Source: Treponemataceae bacterium
GTDB lineage: Bacteria; Spirochaetota; Spirochaetia; Treponematales; Rectinemataceae
NCBI GenBank assembly: GCA_963677895.2
Contig: CAXXGJ010000006.1
Span: forward strand, 288,001-352,000
Length of the DNA: 64,000 nucleotides
Reading direction: 5' to 3'
Of the stretch, positions 38,720 through 49,303 are shown piece by piece; positions within the stretch are counted from its first letter, which is position 1; every line of letters begins with the position of its first letter. Both the position numbers and the translations under genes were made by a program. The notes beneath the pieces were generated by a model. That model was not told the DNA's origin and did not search any database. It worked only from the letters and a program-made list of their open reading frames with translations.

Positions 38720-38921
38720 AGTAAATTCCTCCGCCCGAAGCGTTGCATCGGGCATCTAAAACCTGTATCCACGGTAAGCGTGGATATGCTGAACAATGGA
38801 TTTTTTGTATCCATTCTTAAGTTAATGGCATTGTATCACATTGTTCAAACAATAAATAGGTGGCTGGGACCTATTTTCTTCCTAAACCTCGCGTGCGCGG
38901 TTTTGCGGGCAAATAAAAGGG

Positions 38922-39944
38922 TCAAATCGCTTTTCCGGCCAAAATTTCCCTGTAATCGGCAAAATTTTTCGCAAGAAGCGCGGGAGCATCCAGATCGTAG
39001 GGGCATCGGGACTTGCATTGGCCGCAGTGGAGGCAGTCTTCGATCTTCTTCATCATCGCCCGGGACTCGGGCGAGAGCAGCTTTTTCGGCGGGGAACGGC
39101 GTATCATCAGGGACATGCGCGCGCAGATGTTGATCTCTATGCCCACAGGGCAGGGCATGCAGTAGCCGCAGCCGCGGCAGAATTCGCCCAGGAGTTCCGT
39201 CCTGTCCTTTTCGATGAGGGCGCGGATTTCCTCCGTCAAACGGGGGGGATCGGCTATATAGGCGAGGAACTCATCCAGCTCGCTTTCCTTCTGGATGCCC
39301 CATATGGGAAGCACATTGTCGAACTGGTCGAGGTAGGCATAGGCCGCCGCCGAGTTGGTGATCAGGCCGCCGGAGAGCGCCTTCATGGCGATGAGCCCCA
39401 TGTCGGCGTTTTTGCATTTCTGGACCAGTTCCAGGTCTTTGGCCGTCGAAAGGTAGGAAAATGGAAACTGGAGAGTCTCGTATAGACCCGAATCGACGCT
39501 TTCATGGGCGATCTGGAGTCGGTGGTTGGAAATGCCGATGTGGCGGATCTTACCCTTTTCTTTTGCCTCGAGTATCGCCTCGTACAGGCCCGTGCCATCC
39601 CCCGGTTTCGGGCAGAAGGCGGGATTGTGGAACTGATAAAGGTCCAGATAGTCGGTCTGGAGATCGCGAAGGCTGGTTTCGAGGTCGGCGCGCAGGTTTT
39701 CGCCCGTCTTGGCCTGCGTCTTGGAGGCTATGAATACGTTCTTCCTGACATCCTTAAGGGCCGCGCCCAGCTTCTTCTCGCTGTCGGAGTAGCCCCGCGC
39801 CGTATCGAAGAACCCGATTCCGCCCTTGTATGCTTTCAGGACGAGAGCCGCTGCTTCTTCCTGCGGGATTCGCTGGATGGGCAGGGCTCCGAAGCCATTC
39901 TTGTTCACCTCGATGCGAGTTTTTCCCAGTATGACCGTGGACAT
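38922..39944 (-). CDS. Aldo/keto reductase with a C-terminal [4Fe-4S] ferredoxin domain
   Basis: FFDTARGY, DLYQFH, CRGCGYCMPCP, CLHCGQCKSRCP. Confidence 0.92.
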   Translation of the reverse strand: MSTVILGKTRIEVNKNGFGALPIQRIPQEEAAALVLKAYKGGIGFFDTARGYSDSEKKLGAALKDVRKNVFIASKTQAKTGENLRADLETSLRDLQTDYLDLYQFHNPAFCPKPGDGTGLYEAILEAKEKGKIRHIGISNHRLQIAHESVDSGLYETLQFPFSYLSTAKDLELVQKCKNADMGLIAMKALSGGLITNSAAAYAYLDQFDNVLPIWGIQKESELDEFLAYIADPPRLTEEIRALIEKDRTELLGEFCRGCGYCMPCPVGIEINICARMSLMIRRSPPKKLLSPESRAMMKKIEDCLHCGQCKSRCPYDLDAPALLAKNFADYREILAGKAI

Positions 39945-39987
39945 GGCATTCCTTCCTTGTGCCGCCCGTTTTACCATGAAGGCACTG

Positions 39988-40023
39988 GATTATGGAAGCG
40001 ATTATGAAAGCGATTATGGATGC
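39988..40023. repeat. Three tandem 12-bp imperfect repeats
   Basis: GATTATGGAAGC GATTATGAAAGC GATTATGGATGC. Confidence 0.85.
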
Positions 40024-40233
40024 GGCCAGAAAATCGTGTTGACAGCGGTTCCCTCGGCGGGCGGCGAGGCATGGCCACGTCTGCGTGATTCTGGCTTCGA
40101 TTTCAATGATGAAACATTGGAGCGTGGTGTTTCTCTCCCGATAGCTCTGACTCTTGGGTACGAAAACGCATAAATTATCACCATATGGTTATATTTACTC
40201 ATAAACGACAACAAACATTATTAAAACTTTTAA

Positions 40234-40261
40234 TTGACATAAGGAATTTTCAGTCTATACT
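40234..40261 (+). promoter_or_regulatory. Sigma70 promoter of the first ABC operon
   Basis: TTGACA-16 nt-TATACT with an AT-rich upstream region. Confidence 0.7.
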
Positions 40262-40443
40262 TGGGAACTTATTGGGATAGGATGATGCACCTATATATAT
40301 GCATAATCTTCCTCGACGCGGTTCTGCAAAACCCCTGGGGAGATTCTTAAGCAGTCTTCTTTTATACCAGGTGTTTTAGCCGACTGGATATTGATACCGC
40401 GACAGTGCGTAAAATCAGCCCATAACCCTCAAGGAGCAGCGAT

Positions 40444-41196
40444 GTGACCCACAAGATAGAAGAGATGAGCTGGACGGCCTTCGACGAGCGCAGAAAAATG
40501 ACGGACACGGTGATAATTCCGACCGGCGCGGTGGAGATATATGGACCCCACCTGCCGATGGGATCCGATACCATCGTCGCCGAGGCGCTCGCGATCCGTA
40601 TAGCGGAAAAGACGGGCGCTCTCGTGGCCCCCGCCATCGGCATGGGCGACTCCTCGATGCTCCTGGATTATCCGGGCACGCTCACGCTGCGGAAATCCAC
40701 CTACGAAGCGGCCATGGATGATTTATGCACCGCGCTCATGGACTATGGATTCAAGAACCTCATGTTCATAAACGGCCACGCGGGCAATGTGGACATGGTG
40801 AACTATCTGGCCAGGCGTTATCAGAGAGAGCGCAAGGTGAAGTGCGGCCAGATCGACTGGTGGCGTTTCGCCGCCGCCAACGGCAATGACATCTTCGAGC
40901 TGAAGGGGTATATGGCTCACGGCCACGCGAGCGAATGCGGCACTTCGGTCTTGCTCTATCTGCGGCCCGACCTGGTGGATATGTCCAAGGCCACGAGGAT
41001 CGAACCTCCCTCCGAATTCTACCAGGACTTCACCGACGTGATCCGCTATATCCCTTTGAGCGCCAAGACTCCCAACGCCACCGTCGGCGACGCCACGATC
41101 GCGACGGCCGAAAAAGGGAAAGCTCTCGTGGAGAAGTGCGTCGACCGGATTGCCACCTATATGGCTTATGAATTTAAGATTGAACTCAAAGCATAA
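40444..41196 (+). CDS. Creatininase/amidase family protein
   Basis: IIPTGAVEIYGPHLPMGSD, YPGTLTL, INGHAGN, GHASECGTS, ATAEKG. Confidence 0.88.
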   Translation: MTHKIEEMSWTAFDERRKMTDTVIIPTGAVEIYGPHLPMGSDTIVAEALAIRIAEKTGALVAPAIGMGDSSMLLDYPGTLTLRKSTYEAAMDDLCTALMDYGFKNLMFINGHAGNVDMVNYLARRYQRERKVKCGQIDWWRFAAANGNDIFELKGYMAHGHASECGTSVLLYLRPDLVDMSKATRIEPPSEFYQDFTDVIRYIPLSAKTPNATVGDATIATAEKGKALVEKCVDRIATYMAYEFKIELKA

Positions 41197-41227
41197 AGCA
41201 AATTTTTAGAAAGGAGACCCAGGAAAC

Positions 41228-42727
41228 ATGAAGAGAAAGGTAATCTTGATGGCCATGGCCATCGCGCTGCTGCTCGCCGTGACCGTCGGCGCGGCGGACA
41301 ACACCGGCAGGAAGCTCAAGGACACCCTGAGGGTGGCGACATGGGAAGATCTCAAGACCATGGATCCCCAGGCATCCAATTTTGTCAGCAATTGGATGGT
41401 TCAGCTGAATATCTTCGACAAGCTTGTCTACGAAGATGCCGAAGGCGTGGTGCATCCCCGTCTCGCCACCGAGTGGAAATTCCTCGACGACCTTACCCTT
41501 GAAATGAAGCTTCGCAAGGACGTCAAATTCCACGACGGCGGGAAATTCACAGCCGAGGACGTTCTTTTCACCTTCAAGCGCGGGAAGGCCAACTCCATCA
41601 GCGCCTCCACCTTCGCTCCCTTCGATACCGACAACACCGTGATCGTGGATCCCTACACCATCAGGATCAAGTTCAAGACCCCCTACGCGGCGATCTTCAA
41701 CACCCTGACCACGGGACGCGGCGCCATCGTGAGCAAGGCCGCCGTTGAGCGGATGGGCGCCGACGCTTTTGCCCGCAATCCCGTCGGAACCGGTCCCTAC
41801 AAGCTCGCTTCGTGGAAATCGGGTTCCGAGATCTCGCTCGTGCGCAATGAGGAATACTGGGGCGAAAAAGCGATCACGAAGAACGTGGTCTTTTCCATCA
41901 TTCCCGAAGCCGCCAACCGCGTCATCGAACTCGAGACCGGCGGCGTGGACGCCGTCTTCGATGTCGCCGCCAACGACGTCAAACGAGTGAAGAACCTGAA
42001 AGACGCCCACATCCTCATGGGCGATTCCAGCCGCTACATGACCCTCACCTTCAGCATGAAGGACAAGCTTCTCAGCAACAAAGACATCAGGTACGCGCTG
42101 TCTTATGCCATCGACAAGGTAGCCCTGGTCGACGCGGTGTATGAAGGAACGGCCTCCGTGGCGAACGGCCTGTATCCGCCCACCGTCTTCGCGTTCAAGA
42201 ACAAGGGCGTCCTGCCCTACGACCCGGTCAAGGCCAAGGAACTCCTCGCGAAGGCCGGCTATCCCGATGGCTTCACCATGAATTTCCTGCTTGAGAACCG
42301 CGAAGCCGACATCAGGCTCGCGTCCATCATCCAGAACATGTGGGCAGCCGTCGGCGTAAAGGTGAAGATCTTCCAGATGACGGCTTCCACCTACACCGCT
42401 CAGGGCAACAAGTTCCAGGCGGGCATGAGGGCCGGCAACGTCAACGAGCCGTCCAACATCCTCATCATCTACGACTCCGCCTTCGGCGAACGCCTCGAGC
42501 CGAACGATCCCTGGATCGACAAGAAGCTCGCGGCCGCCAAGACCATCTACGACAGCAAGAAACGCGCGGCGGCATACGCGGAGATCCAGGACTACCTTTG
42601 GGATATCCGATACACCGTTCCCTTCGCCTTTACGCCCGTCATCTACGGATTGAGCGACAGGGTGGAAGGCTGGGTCTGCGATCCGATGCAGCAGGTGGAG
42701 ATGGCCAAGGTTTCCGTCTACAAGTAA
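41228..42727 (+). CDS. Peptide/opine/nickel ABC substrate-binding protein (family 5)
   Basis: Signal peptide; LRKDVKFHDG..TAEDV, PVGTGPY, YDPVKAKELLAKAGY. Confidence 0.93.
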   Translation: MKRKVILMAMAIALLLAVTVGAADNTGRKLKDTLRVATWEDLKTMDPQASNFVSNWMVQLNIFDKLVYEDAEGVVHPRLATEWKFLDDLTLEMKLRKDVKFHDGGKFTAEDVLFTFKRGKANSISASTFAPFDTDNTVIVDPYTIRIKFKTPYAAIFNTLTTGRGAIVSKAAVERMGADAFARNPVGTGPYKLASWKSGSEISLVRNEEYWGEKAITKNVVFSIIPEAANRVIELETGGVDAVFDVAANDVKRVKNLKDAHILMGDSSRYMTLTFSMKDKLLSNKDIRYALSYAIDKVALVDAVYEGTASVANGLYPPTVFAFKNKGVLPYDPVKAKELLAKAGYPDGFTMNFLLENREADIRLASIIQNMWAAVGVKVKIFQMTASTYTAQGNKFQAGMRAGNVNEPSNILIIYDSAFGERLEPNDPWIDKKLAAAKTIYDSKKRAAAYAEIQDYLWDIRYTVPFAFTPVIYGLSDRVEGWVCDPMQQVEMAKVSVYK

Positions 42728-42762
42728 GCGTTCAAGAACATTTTCTGCGATACATGCGTAAT

Positions 42763-42807
42763 GGACCCTCGATCCGGCAAAGCCTGTCGGATCGAGGATC
42801 CTGTTTT
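42763..42807 (+). terminator. Stem-loop after the binding-protein gene (stabiliser or partial terminator)
   Basis: GGACCCTCGATCCGGCA/TGTCGGATCGAGGATCC followed by TGTTTT. Confidence 0.6.
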
Positions 42808-42848
42808 ATGGAGTCGGCACATATTCCGCCGGGAAGGAGAATGGTTCT

Positions 42849-43820
42849 TTGATCAAATTCATATTCAGAAGGCTGGTGATGATGATACCCGTGCTGCTGG
42901 GGGTGTCTTTCGTCATATTCGGCATGCTTTTTTTCGCGCCGGGGGACGCTGCCGACGCCATTCTCGGCGACATGGCCACGCCGGCGGACAAGCAGCTTTT
43001 TCGCGAGCAGCAGGGCTTGGACAAACCTTTCCTCGTCCAGTATCTGCGCTATATGAAAGGCGTCGTCTTCGAAGGCGACCTCGGGACATCATACGTGACG
43101 AGGCAGCCTGTCACGGATGAGATCCTTCAGCGCTTCCCGGCCACGCTCAAGCTATCCGCGCTCAGCGTGCTACTGGCCGTGATAATCGGCATCTCTGTGG
43201 GCATCATTTCGGCGACAAGGCAATATTCGTTCATCGATCAGTTCGCGACCTCGATTTCGATGATCGGCGTATCCATGCCCAATTTCTGGCAGGGGATGAT
43301 GCTGATAATCGTCTTCGCCGTATGGCTGCGATGGTTCCCGCCCTCGGGATTCAGCACGCCCATGCATTGGGTGCTTCCCGTAGTCACGGTAGGGACCAAC
43401 GCTTCGGCCAATATAATGCGCATGACCCGGTCGAGCATGCTCGAGATAGTCCGCCAGGACTACATCAGGACGGCCCGCGCCAAGGGACAGTCCGAAAGGG
43501 TCGTCATCTGGAAGCACGCGCTCAAGAACGCGCTGATTCCCATCATCACCGTCGTGGGGCTTTCTTTCGGAAGGCAGCTCGGCGGCGCCGTCCTGACGGA
43601 ATCCATCTTTTCCATCGCCGGCGTCGGCAAACTCATGGTGGATGCCATAAAGCTTAAAAACTTCCCGATGGTCCAGGGCGGCGTGCTTTTCATAGCCTTC
43701 GTCATGTCGCTGGTGAACCTTCTGGTGGACATATTGTACAGTTTCGCTGATCCCAGGATCCGTTCCATGTACACCCGCCCCAGGACGAAAAAACCGCATC
43801 CTGCGAAGGAGGCGGCATAA
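42849..43820 (+). CDS. ABC permease, DppB-like
   Basis: GDLGTSY, SMPNFW, QDYIRTARAKG, HALKNALIP. Confidence 0.93.
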   Translation: MIKFIFRRLVMMIPVLLGVSFVIFGMLFFAPGDAADAILGDMATPADKQLFREQQGLDKPFLVQYLRYMKGVVFEGDLGTSYVTRQPVTDEILQRFPATLKLSALSVLLAVIIGISVGIISATRQYSFIDQFATSISMIGVSMPNFWQGMMLIIVFAVWLRWFPPSGFSTPMHWVLPVVTVGTNASANIMRMTRSSMLEIVRQDYIRTARAKGQSERVVIWKHALKNALIPIITVVGLSFGRQLGGAVLTESIFSIAGVGKLMVDAIKLKNFPMVQGGVLFIAFVMSLVNLLVDILYSFADPRIRSMYTRPRTKKPHPAKEAA

Positions 43821-43821
43821 T

Positions 43822-44700
43822 ATGGCAGACAACGAAGTCCTCTCCATAAAAATGAAAAAGCGAGGCCAATCCAAGGAGATTTGGCGGCGTTTCGTGAAGA
43901 ACAAGGGCGCCGTGCTCGGCCTCGCCTTCATAATTCTCCTGACGATACTGGCGCTCGTCCCTTCGCTCATAGCGCCCTATGGCTTCGACGAACAAATGCT
44001 CTCCCGCCGTTTCAAGGCGCCCTCCCTCGAGTATCCTTTCGGAACCGACGAATTCGGCAGGGATATATTCAGCAGGGTCATCTTCGGCTGCAGAATCTCG
44101 CTCACCCTGGGTCTGGTGTCGGTCACGATATCCTGCCTGATCGGGATCATCCTCGGATGCATTTCGGGTTATTACGGCAAGGTCGTGGACAACATCATCA
44201 TGCGCTTCATCGACATAATGCTCTCGATACCGAACATCCTCCTGGCCGTTTCGATAGTCGCCGCCATGGGTACGAGTTTCTTCAACCTGATCCTCGCCAT
44301 AGGAATCGGCGCCGTGCCCGGCTACGCTCGCGTCGTGCGCGCTTCCATCCTCTCGGTGAAGGAACAGGAATATATCGAAGCCGCCCGCTCCAACGGCGCC
44401 AGCGACTGGCGCATCATAACGCGCCATATCATTCCGAACTGCATGGCGCCCATCATCGTCCAGGCTACGATGAGCATAGCGGCCGCCATCATCCAGGGCG
44501 CGGGAATGAGCTTCATCGGATTGGGCATAATGCCCCCGACGCCGGAGTGGGGTTCGATGCTCGCTTCCGGCAGGGCTTTCATCCGCGATTACTGGTGGGT
44601 CGTCACTTTCCCCGGACTCGCGATAATGCTCACGGTTTTTTCCATCAATCTTCTGGGCGACGGGCTGCGCGACGCTCTCGATCCACGGCTCAAGAGCTAA
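43822..44700 (+). CDS. ABC permease, DppC-like
   Basis: FGTDEFGRD, EYIEAARSNG, NLLGDGLRDALDP. Confidence 0.93.
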   Translation: MADNEVLSIKMKKRGQSKEIWRRFVKNKGAVLGLAFIILLTILALVPSLIAPYGFDEQMLSRRFKAPSLEYPFGTDEFGRDIFSRVIFGCRISLTLGLVSVTISCLIGIILGCISGYYGKVVDNIIMRFIDIMLSIPNILLAVSIVAAMGTSFFNLILAIGIGAVPGYARVVRASILSVKEQEYIEAARSNGASDWRIITRHIIPNCMAPIIVQATMSIAAAIIQGAGMSFIGLGIMPPTPEWGSMLASGRAFIRDYWWVVTFPGLAIMLTVFSINLLGDGLRDALDPRLKS

Positions 44701-44711
44701 GGGGACGGTGA

Positions 44712-45677
44712 ATGAACGACACTATTCTCGATATTAAGAATCTCGTTGTCCATTACGTGACGGACACAACCACCGTTCACGCCGTGAACGGGATGACTAT
44801 TTCCTTGAAGAAGGGCGAGTCCCTTGGGTTGGTCGGCGAGACGGGCGCGGGAAAGACCACCACGGCGCTCAGCATAATGCAGCTGATTCCCGATCCGCCC
44901 GGGAAGATCGTCAGCGGTGAGATACTCTACGACGGGCAGGACCTCATCGCCATGTCGCCTTCTGATAAGCGCTCGATTCGCGGCAACAAGATCTCAATGA
45001 TTTTCCAGGATCCCATGACGGCGCTTAACCCCGTCCTCACGGTCGGCGATCAAATAGCTGAAGTTGTGCGCCTTCATCAGAAAATATCCCGCGCGAAGGC
45101 CTCCATAAAGGCCCAGGAAATGCTGGAGCTGGTGGGCATTCCGGGCGAGCGTTACGCGGAATATCCGCACCAGTTTTCCGGCGGCATGAAGCAGCGGGTG
45201 GTCATCGCGATCGCGCTGGCCTGCAATCCCGAGTTGCTGATAGCGGATGAGCCGACAACAGCCCTCGACGTGACGATCCAGGACCAGGTGCTCGATCTCA
45301 TAGAAAAGCTCATGAGGGACAGGGGTACGTCGCTCATCCTCATCACGCACGACCTGGGCGTGGTGGCCGAGATTTGCCAGAAGGCGGCCATAATGTACGC
45401 GGGCGAAATCGTGGAATACGGTACCCTGGAGCATATCTACAACAACACCAAGCACCCCTACACGATCGGTCTATTCGGTTCGATTCCCAACCTGAACGAG
45501 GACGTTGACCGACTCCAGCCGATCACCGGCCTGATGCCCGATCCGACGAATCTCCCGGAGGGCTGCGTTTTCGCGCCGCGATGCCCCGACGCTTCGGAGA
45601 AATGCCGCGCCGCCGCCGTGCCCGTCGTGGAAGTGGAGCCGGGACATTTCGTGAAATGCGTGAAGTACCATGGGTAA
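44712..45677 (+). CDS. ABC ATPase, DppD-like
   Basis: [23 protein letters not shown]-terminal Cys cluster. Confidence 0.93.
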   Translation: MNDTILDIKNLVVHYVTDTTTVHAVNGMTISLKKGESLGLVGETGAGKTTTALSIMQLIPDPPGKIVSGEILYDGQDLIAMSPSDKRSIRGNKISMIFQDPMTALNPVLTVGDQIAEVVRLHQKISRAKASIKAQEMLELVGIPGERYAEYPHQFSGGMKQRVVIAIALACNPELLIADEPTTALDVTIQDQVLDLIEKLMRDRGTSLILITHDLGVVAEICQKAAIMYAGEIVEYGTLEHIYNNTKHPYTIGLFGSIPNLNEDVDRLQPITGLMPDPTNLPEGCVFAPRCPDASEKCRAAAVPVVEVEPGHFVKCVKYHG

Positions 45678-45686
45678 GAGGTTGAT

Positions 45687-46652
45687 ATGAGTGCACTAAT
45701 AGAAGTCAAAGATCTCAGGAAATATTTCAAGACACCCAGGGGCGATCTTCATGCCGTCGACGGCGTATCCTTCGCCATCGAAAAGGGCCGGACGCTCGGC
45801 GTCGTGGGGGAATCGGGCTGCGGCAAGTCGACGCTCGGCCGGCTGACCATCCACCTCCTGGAGGCGACCTCGGGCAGCATCCATTTCGAGGGAGAGGATA
45901 TCAGCCAGCTGAATCGCGCCGATCTCAAGCGGTATCGCCAGGATATGCAGATGATTTTCCAGGATCCCTTTTCATCCCTCGATCCGAGAATGTCGGTGAG
46001 CAATCTCATCGCTGAGCCCCTGAAGATCTACAATAAGTTCAAGAATCCCGCCGAACTGAGCGAGCAGGTCGGAAAGCTCATGGATACGGTAGGGCTCGCG
46101 CGCAGGCTTTCGGATTCCTATCCGCACGAGCTGGACGGCGGCCGCCGCCAGCGCATCGGCGTGGCGCGCGCCCTCTCCCTCAACCCGAAGTTCATCGTCT
46201 GCGACGAACCCGTCTCCGCCCTCGACGTATCCATCCAGGCGCAGATCCTCAACCTGATGCAGGATCTGCAGCAGGAGAGAAACCTCACCTACCTTTTCAT
46301 CACGCACAACATGGCCGTCGTCAAGCATATTTCCGACAACATCCTCGTCATGTATATGGGCAAGATGGTCGAATACGCGCCCGTGAAGGAAATTTTCAAG
46401 TACCGCTTTCACCCCTACACCAAGGCGCTGCTCGCCGCGGTTCCCGTGCCCGCGCTCGGCGCGAAGAAGGGCAGGCGTCTGCTCAAAGGTGAAATTTCCT
46501 CGCCCATCAATCCGAAACCCGGCTGCAGGTTCGCCAAGCGCTGCGAATACGCCACCGATATCTGCTCGACCACGGAGCCGGCATTCGAAAAGGCGAGAGA
46601 GGATTATTACGTTGCCTGCCATCATGTCAAAGCCATCAACGGCCTTATTTAG
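45687..46652 (+). CDS. ABC ATPase, DppF-like
   Basis: [27 protein letters not shown]. Confidence 0.93.
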   Translation: MSALIEVKDLRKYFKTPRGDLHAVDGVSFAIEKGRTLGVVGESGCGKSTLGRLTIHLLEATSGSIHFEGEDISQLNRADLKRYRQDMQMIFQDPFSSLDPRMSVSNLIAEPLKIYNKFKNPAELSEQVGKLMDTVGLARRLSDSYPHELDGGRRQRIGVARALSLNPKFIVCDEPVSALDVSIQAQILNLMQDLQQERNLTYLFITHNMAVVKHISDNILVMYMGKMVEYAPVKEIFKYRFHPYTKALLAAVPVPALGAKKGRRLLKGEISSPINPKPGCRFAKRCEYATDICSTTEPAFEKAREDYYVACHHVKAINGLI

Positions 46653-46665
46653 AGGAGTGAATACG

Positions 46666-47493
46666 ATGAGAAAATTCCTGATCGGGATCATCCAGCTGGA
46701 TACGCAGAACGACAAGGGGAAGAACCTGGCCCAGATCTGCGAATATATCGACGAAGCCGCGCGCAAGGGCGCGCAGCTCGTCGCCCTTCCCGAGGTGATG
46801 AACCTGCTGGGGGACAATATCGGCGAAGGCGGCGGGGCGGAACCCATCCCCGGCTACAGCACGGAAATTCTGGCGCGGAAGGCCAAGGAACTGGGCATCT
46901 ACATCCATTGCGGCAGCATCAAAGAAGAAATCCCCGGCGAGACGAAGGGATTCAATACCACCGTCATGCTGGACAGGGAGGGCAGGATCATCGCGCGCTA
47001 CAGAAAACTCCATACCTTCGATGTCACCCTCACGGACGGCACCGTATGCAACGAGTCGGCCAGAATCCAGCCGGGCGCGGAAATCGTGACCGTGGACAGC
47101 GACCTGGGCAAGCTTGGATTCTCCATCTGCTACGACATCCGCTTTCCCGAGCTGTTCCGTCTTCTCGCCCTGGACGGAGCCCAGATCATCTTTACGCCGG
47201 CCAACTTTACCCTGCCCACGGGCAAAGATCACTGGGAGCCCATTCTCCGCGCCCGCGCCATTGAAAACGGCTGCTATATCGTCGCGCCGGCCCAGATAGG
47301 CAAGAAACCCAATTTCACCGCTTTCGGCAACAGCCTTGTCGTGGATCCCTGGGGAACCGTCATCGCGAGATCCAAGGATCAACCGGGGGTGACGTTGGCT
47401 GAAATCGATCTGGATTTCCTGGACAAGATCCGCGGGCAGATCCCGTCGTTGAAGAACAGAAGGTCCGATATTTACGAGCTCAAAATTCGCTAA
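46666..47493 (+). CDS. Carbon-nitrogen hydrolase, Nit-like amidase
   Basis: E-K-C triad: LPE, YRKLH, ICYDIRFPE; RARAIEN; GAGGAG RBS. Confidence 0.92.
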   Translation: MRKFLIGIIQLDTQNDKGKNLAQICEYIDEAARKGAQLVALPEVMNLLGDNIGEGGGAEPIPGYSTEILARKAKELGIYIHCGSIKEEIPGETKGFNTTVMLDREGRIIARYRKLHTFDVTLTDGTVCNESARIQPGAEIVTVDSDLGKLGFSICYDIRFPELFRLLALDGAQIIFTPANFTLPTGKDHWEPILRARAIENGCYIVAPAQIGKKPNFTAFGNSLVVDPWGTVIARSKDQPGVTLAEIDLDFLDKIRGQIPSLKNRRSDIYELKIR

Positions 47494-47505
47494 GCGAGGT
47501 TAATA

Positions 47506-48168
47506 ATGGCAATTCCGCAAGACATCATCGACCGGTTCATGAAAGTGGATCCGGCGACCATCGGTCATTATATCGGCGGCGGCTACATGCGCCCCGAGAT
47601 GAAGCCGATCAACAAGAATTCGAAAATGGTAGGGCCCGCCTATACGGTGAGGCTGCAGGGCAAGGATTCCTGCGCGCTCTATTACGCCATGGAACACGCG
47701 CCGAAGGGATCGGTCATCGTGATCGACCGCTGCGGCGATACGACCTATGCCTGCGTGGGCGAAATGGTGGCGCTGTTCTGCGAGTGCCAGGGCTTCGCCG
47801 GCATCGTCATCGATGGTCCGGCGACCGATTCCCTGGCCATCGAAAAATCCGGATATCCAGTTTTCTGCACCGGCTTATCGGTGGTGACGACCAACGTCAT
47901 CGGCATCTCGGGCGAGCATGACGTCACGGTCAGCTGCTCGGGCGCGGTCGTCCATCCCGGCGACCTCGTCTTCGGCGACGCCGACGGCGTCGTGGTCATT
48001 CCTCCCGACAATTACCTGGACCTGCTCGTCAGGGCGGAGGAATCCGTAGCCAAGGAAGTGGAACTGCGCAAGCATTTCCGCGCGGGCGGATTCCCCAAGA
48101 TTAACGTTGAGCGACTCTATAATACTGATGTCATGGCCATGATAAACGAGCTGAAGAAGTTCGATTGA
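47506..48168 (+). CDS. RraA-family / HMG-CHA aldolase-like protein
   Basis: GPAYTV, ACVGE, GIVIDG.ATD, VHPGDLVFGDADGVVVIP. Confidence 0.88.
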   Translation: MAIPQDIIDRFMKVDPATIGHYIGGGYMRPEMKPINKNSKMVGPAYTVRLQGKDSCALYYAMEHAPKGSVIVIDRCGDTTYACVGEMVALFCECQGFAGIVIDGPATDSLAIEKSGYPVFCTGLSVVTTNVIGISGEHDVTVSCSGAVVHPGDLVFGDADGVVVIPPDNYLDLLVRAEESVAKEVELRKHFRAGGFPKINVERLYNTDVMAMINELKKFD

Positions 48169-48172
48169 GCCG

Positions 48173-48511
48173 CTAGTTCCTGATAAAAAGAACGCTCCGG
48201 ATGAGGTCGCCATCTACCTTGTAGATGGCGACGACTTCCAGCGGCTTGTCTCCCGCGCTCACACCATCGACCAGTTCATGATCGATAACGTAATCGCCCT
48301 TGACGATCCTGTTCGCGATCCTGGCCTTGAGCGCGGGGTTTGAAAACTTCTTGCCGTATATTTTCCTCAGCTCGTCCTTCGAACTCGCCAATGCGCCTGC
48401 CTCGCCCATATTCCTCAGTTCCACGTCATCGGCATAACATGAGCAAAAACCTTCCAGGTCGTGCGCGTTGTAGAGTTCCAGCTGCCTGGAAACGATTTCC
48501 GCTTGTGTCAT
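48173..48511 (-). CDS. SnoaL/NTF2-like protein
   Basis: QLELYNAHDLEGF, RIVKGDYVIDHE, VAIY. Confidence 0.85.
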   Translation of the reverse strand: MTQAEIVSRQLELYNAHDLEGFCSCYADDVELRNMGEAGALASSKDELRKIYGKKFSNPALKARIANRIVKGDYVIDHELVDGVSAGDKPLEVVAIYKVDGDLIRSVLFIRN

Positions 48512-48541
48512 ATTCGGTCTCCTTCGGCCAGTATCGTCGGA

Positions 48542-49231
48542 CTATTTCATCTCCGCGAGGAGTCTTGTCGCGTCCTTGTTGCCCATGGCCGATGATTTCT
48601 GCAGGTCGGCTTTGGCCTCGGCCGTTTTGCCCATGTCCTTGTAGAGCTGTCCGCGGAAATACCACGCGTCGCTGTTCGGGTCCGACTTGTCGCCGAAAAG
48701 CGAGATATATTCGTTGAAAAGCTGTTCCGCCTTCTTCCTGTCCTGGCCCGCTATCCCGGGCAGCACCTGCCAGAAGCGCCCAAGCGAAAGCATCGGGCCG
48801 CCCTTGTCGTACATCTTGTCGTATTTGTAGGCGTTTTCGAAGCCTTTCTGCGTCTTGCCCTTGAGGCCTTCGGCGAGTGCCTTGATGATGCTTACGCAGT
48901 CCGAGTAGGTGCCGACGCAGAGTCCGTAATAATACCAGCCTTCTATGCCGGTCGGATTGATCGAGCAGGCAATCTCTCCGAACTTGATGCCGTCTTTGGC
49001 GACGATACGGGCGGAATCCTTCCAGCCCGACACTTCTTCCTCCACGAGGAAGTCCCCATACCTGCGCGCTGCTTCGGCCGCTTTCCAGTTGAGTTCGTAA
49101 TCCTTCGGCGCTCCGGAAGCGTTTTTCGCGGCGTCTTCATACTTCGCCTTGAGTTCGGCTTCAGAGGCGGCCATCACCGGAACCAGGGCGAACAATGCCA
49201 AAACGATCGCCAACGTCAGAATTCTTTTCAT
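48542..49231 (-). CDS. Exported TPR-repeat protein
   Basis: Signal peptide; TPR-like AWYFRGQLYKDMGKTAEAKADLQK; AGGAGG RBS. Confidence 0.7.
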   Translation of the reverse strand: MKRILTLAIVLALFALVPVMAASEAELKAKYEDAAKNASGAPKDYELNWKAAEAARRYGDFLVEEEVSGWKDSARIVAKDGIKFGEIACSINPTGIEGWYYYGLCVGTYSDCVSIIKALAEGLKGKTQKGFENAYKYDKMYDKGGPMLSLGRFWQVLPGIAGQDRKKAEQLFNEYISLFGDKSDPNSDAWYFRGQLYKDMGKTAEAKADLQKSSAMGNKDATRLLAEMK

Positions 49232-49303
49232 TTGAAATCCTCCTTGATACCTAAAACATTGCATATGAACGATATATGGACCGCGGCCGGCTCTCGGCCA
49301 TTT

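Noticed and set aside
40262..40443. Long leader of the creatininase operon as a riboswitch
   Set aside because: No recognisable aptamer and no clear terminator.
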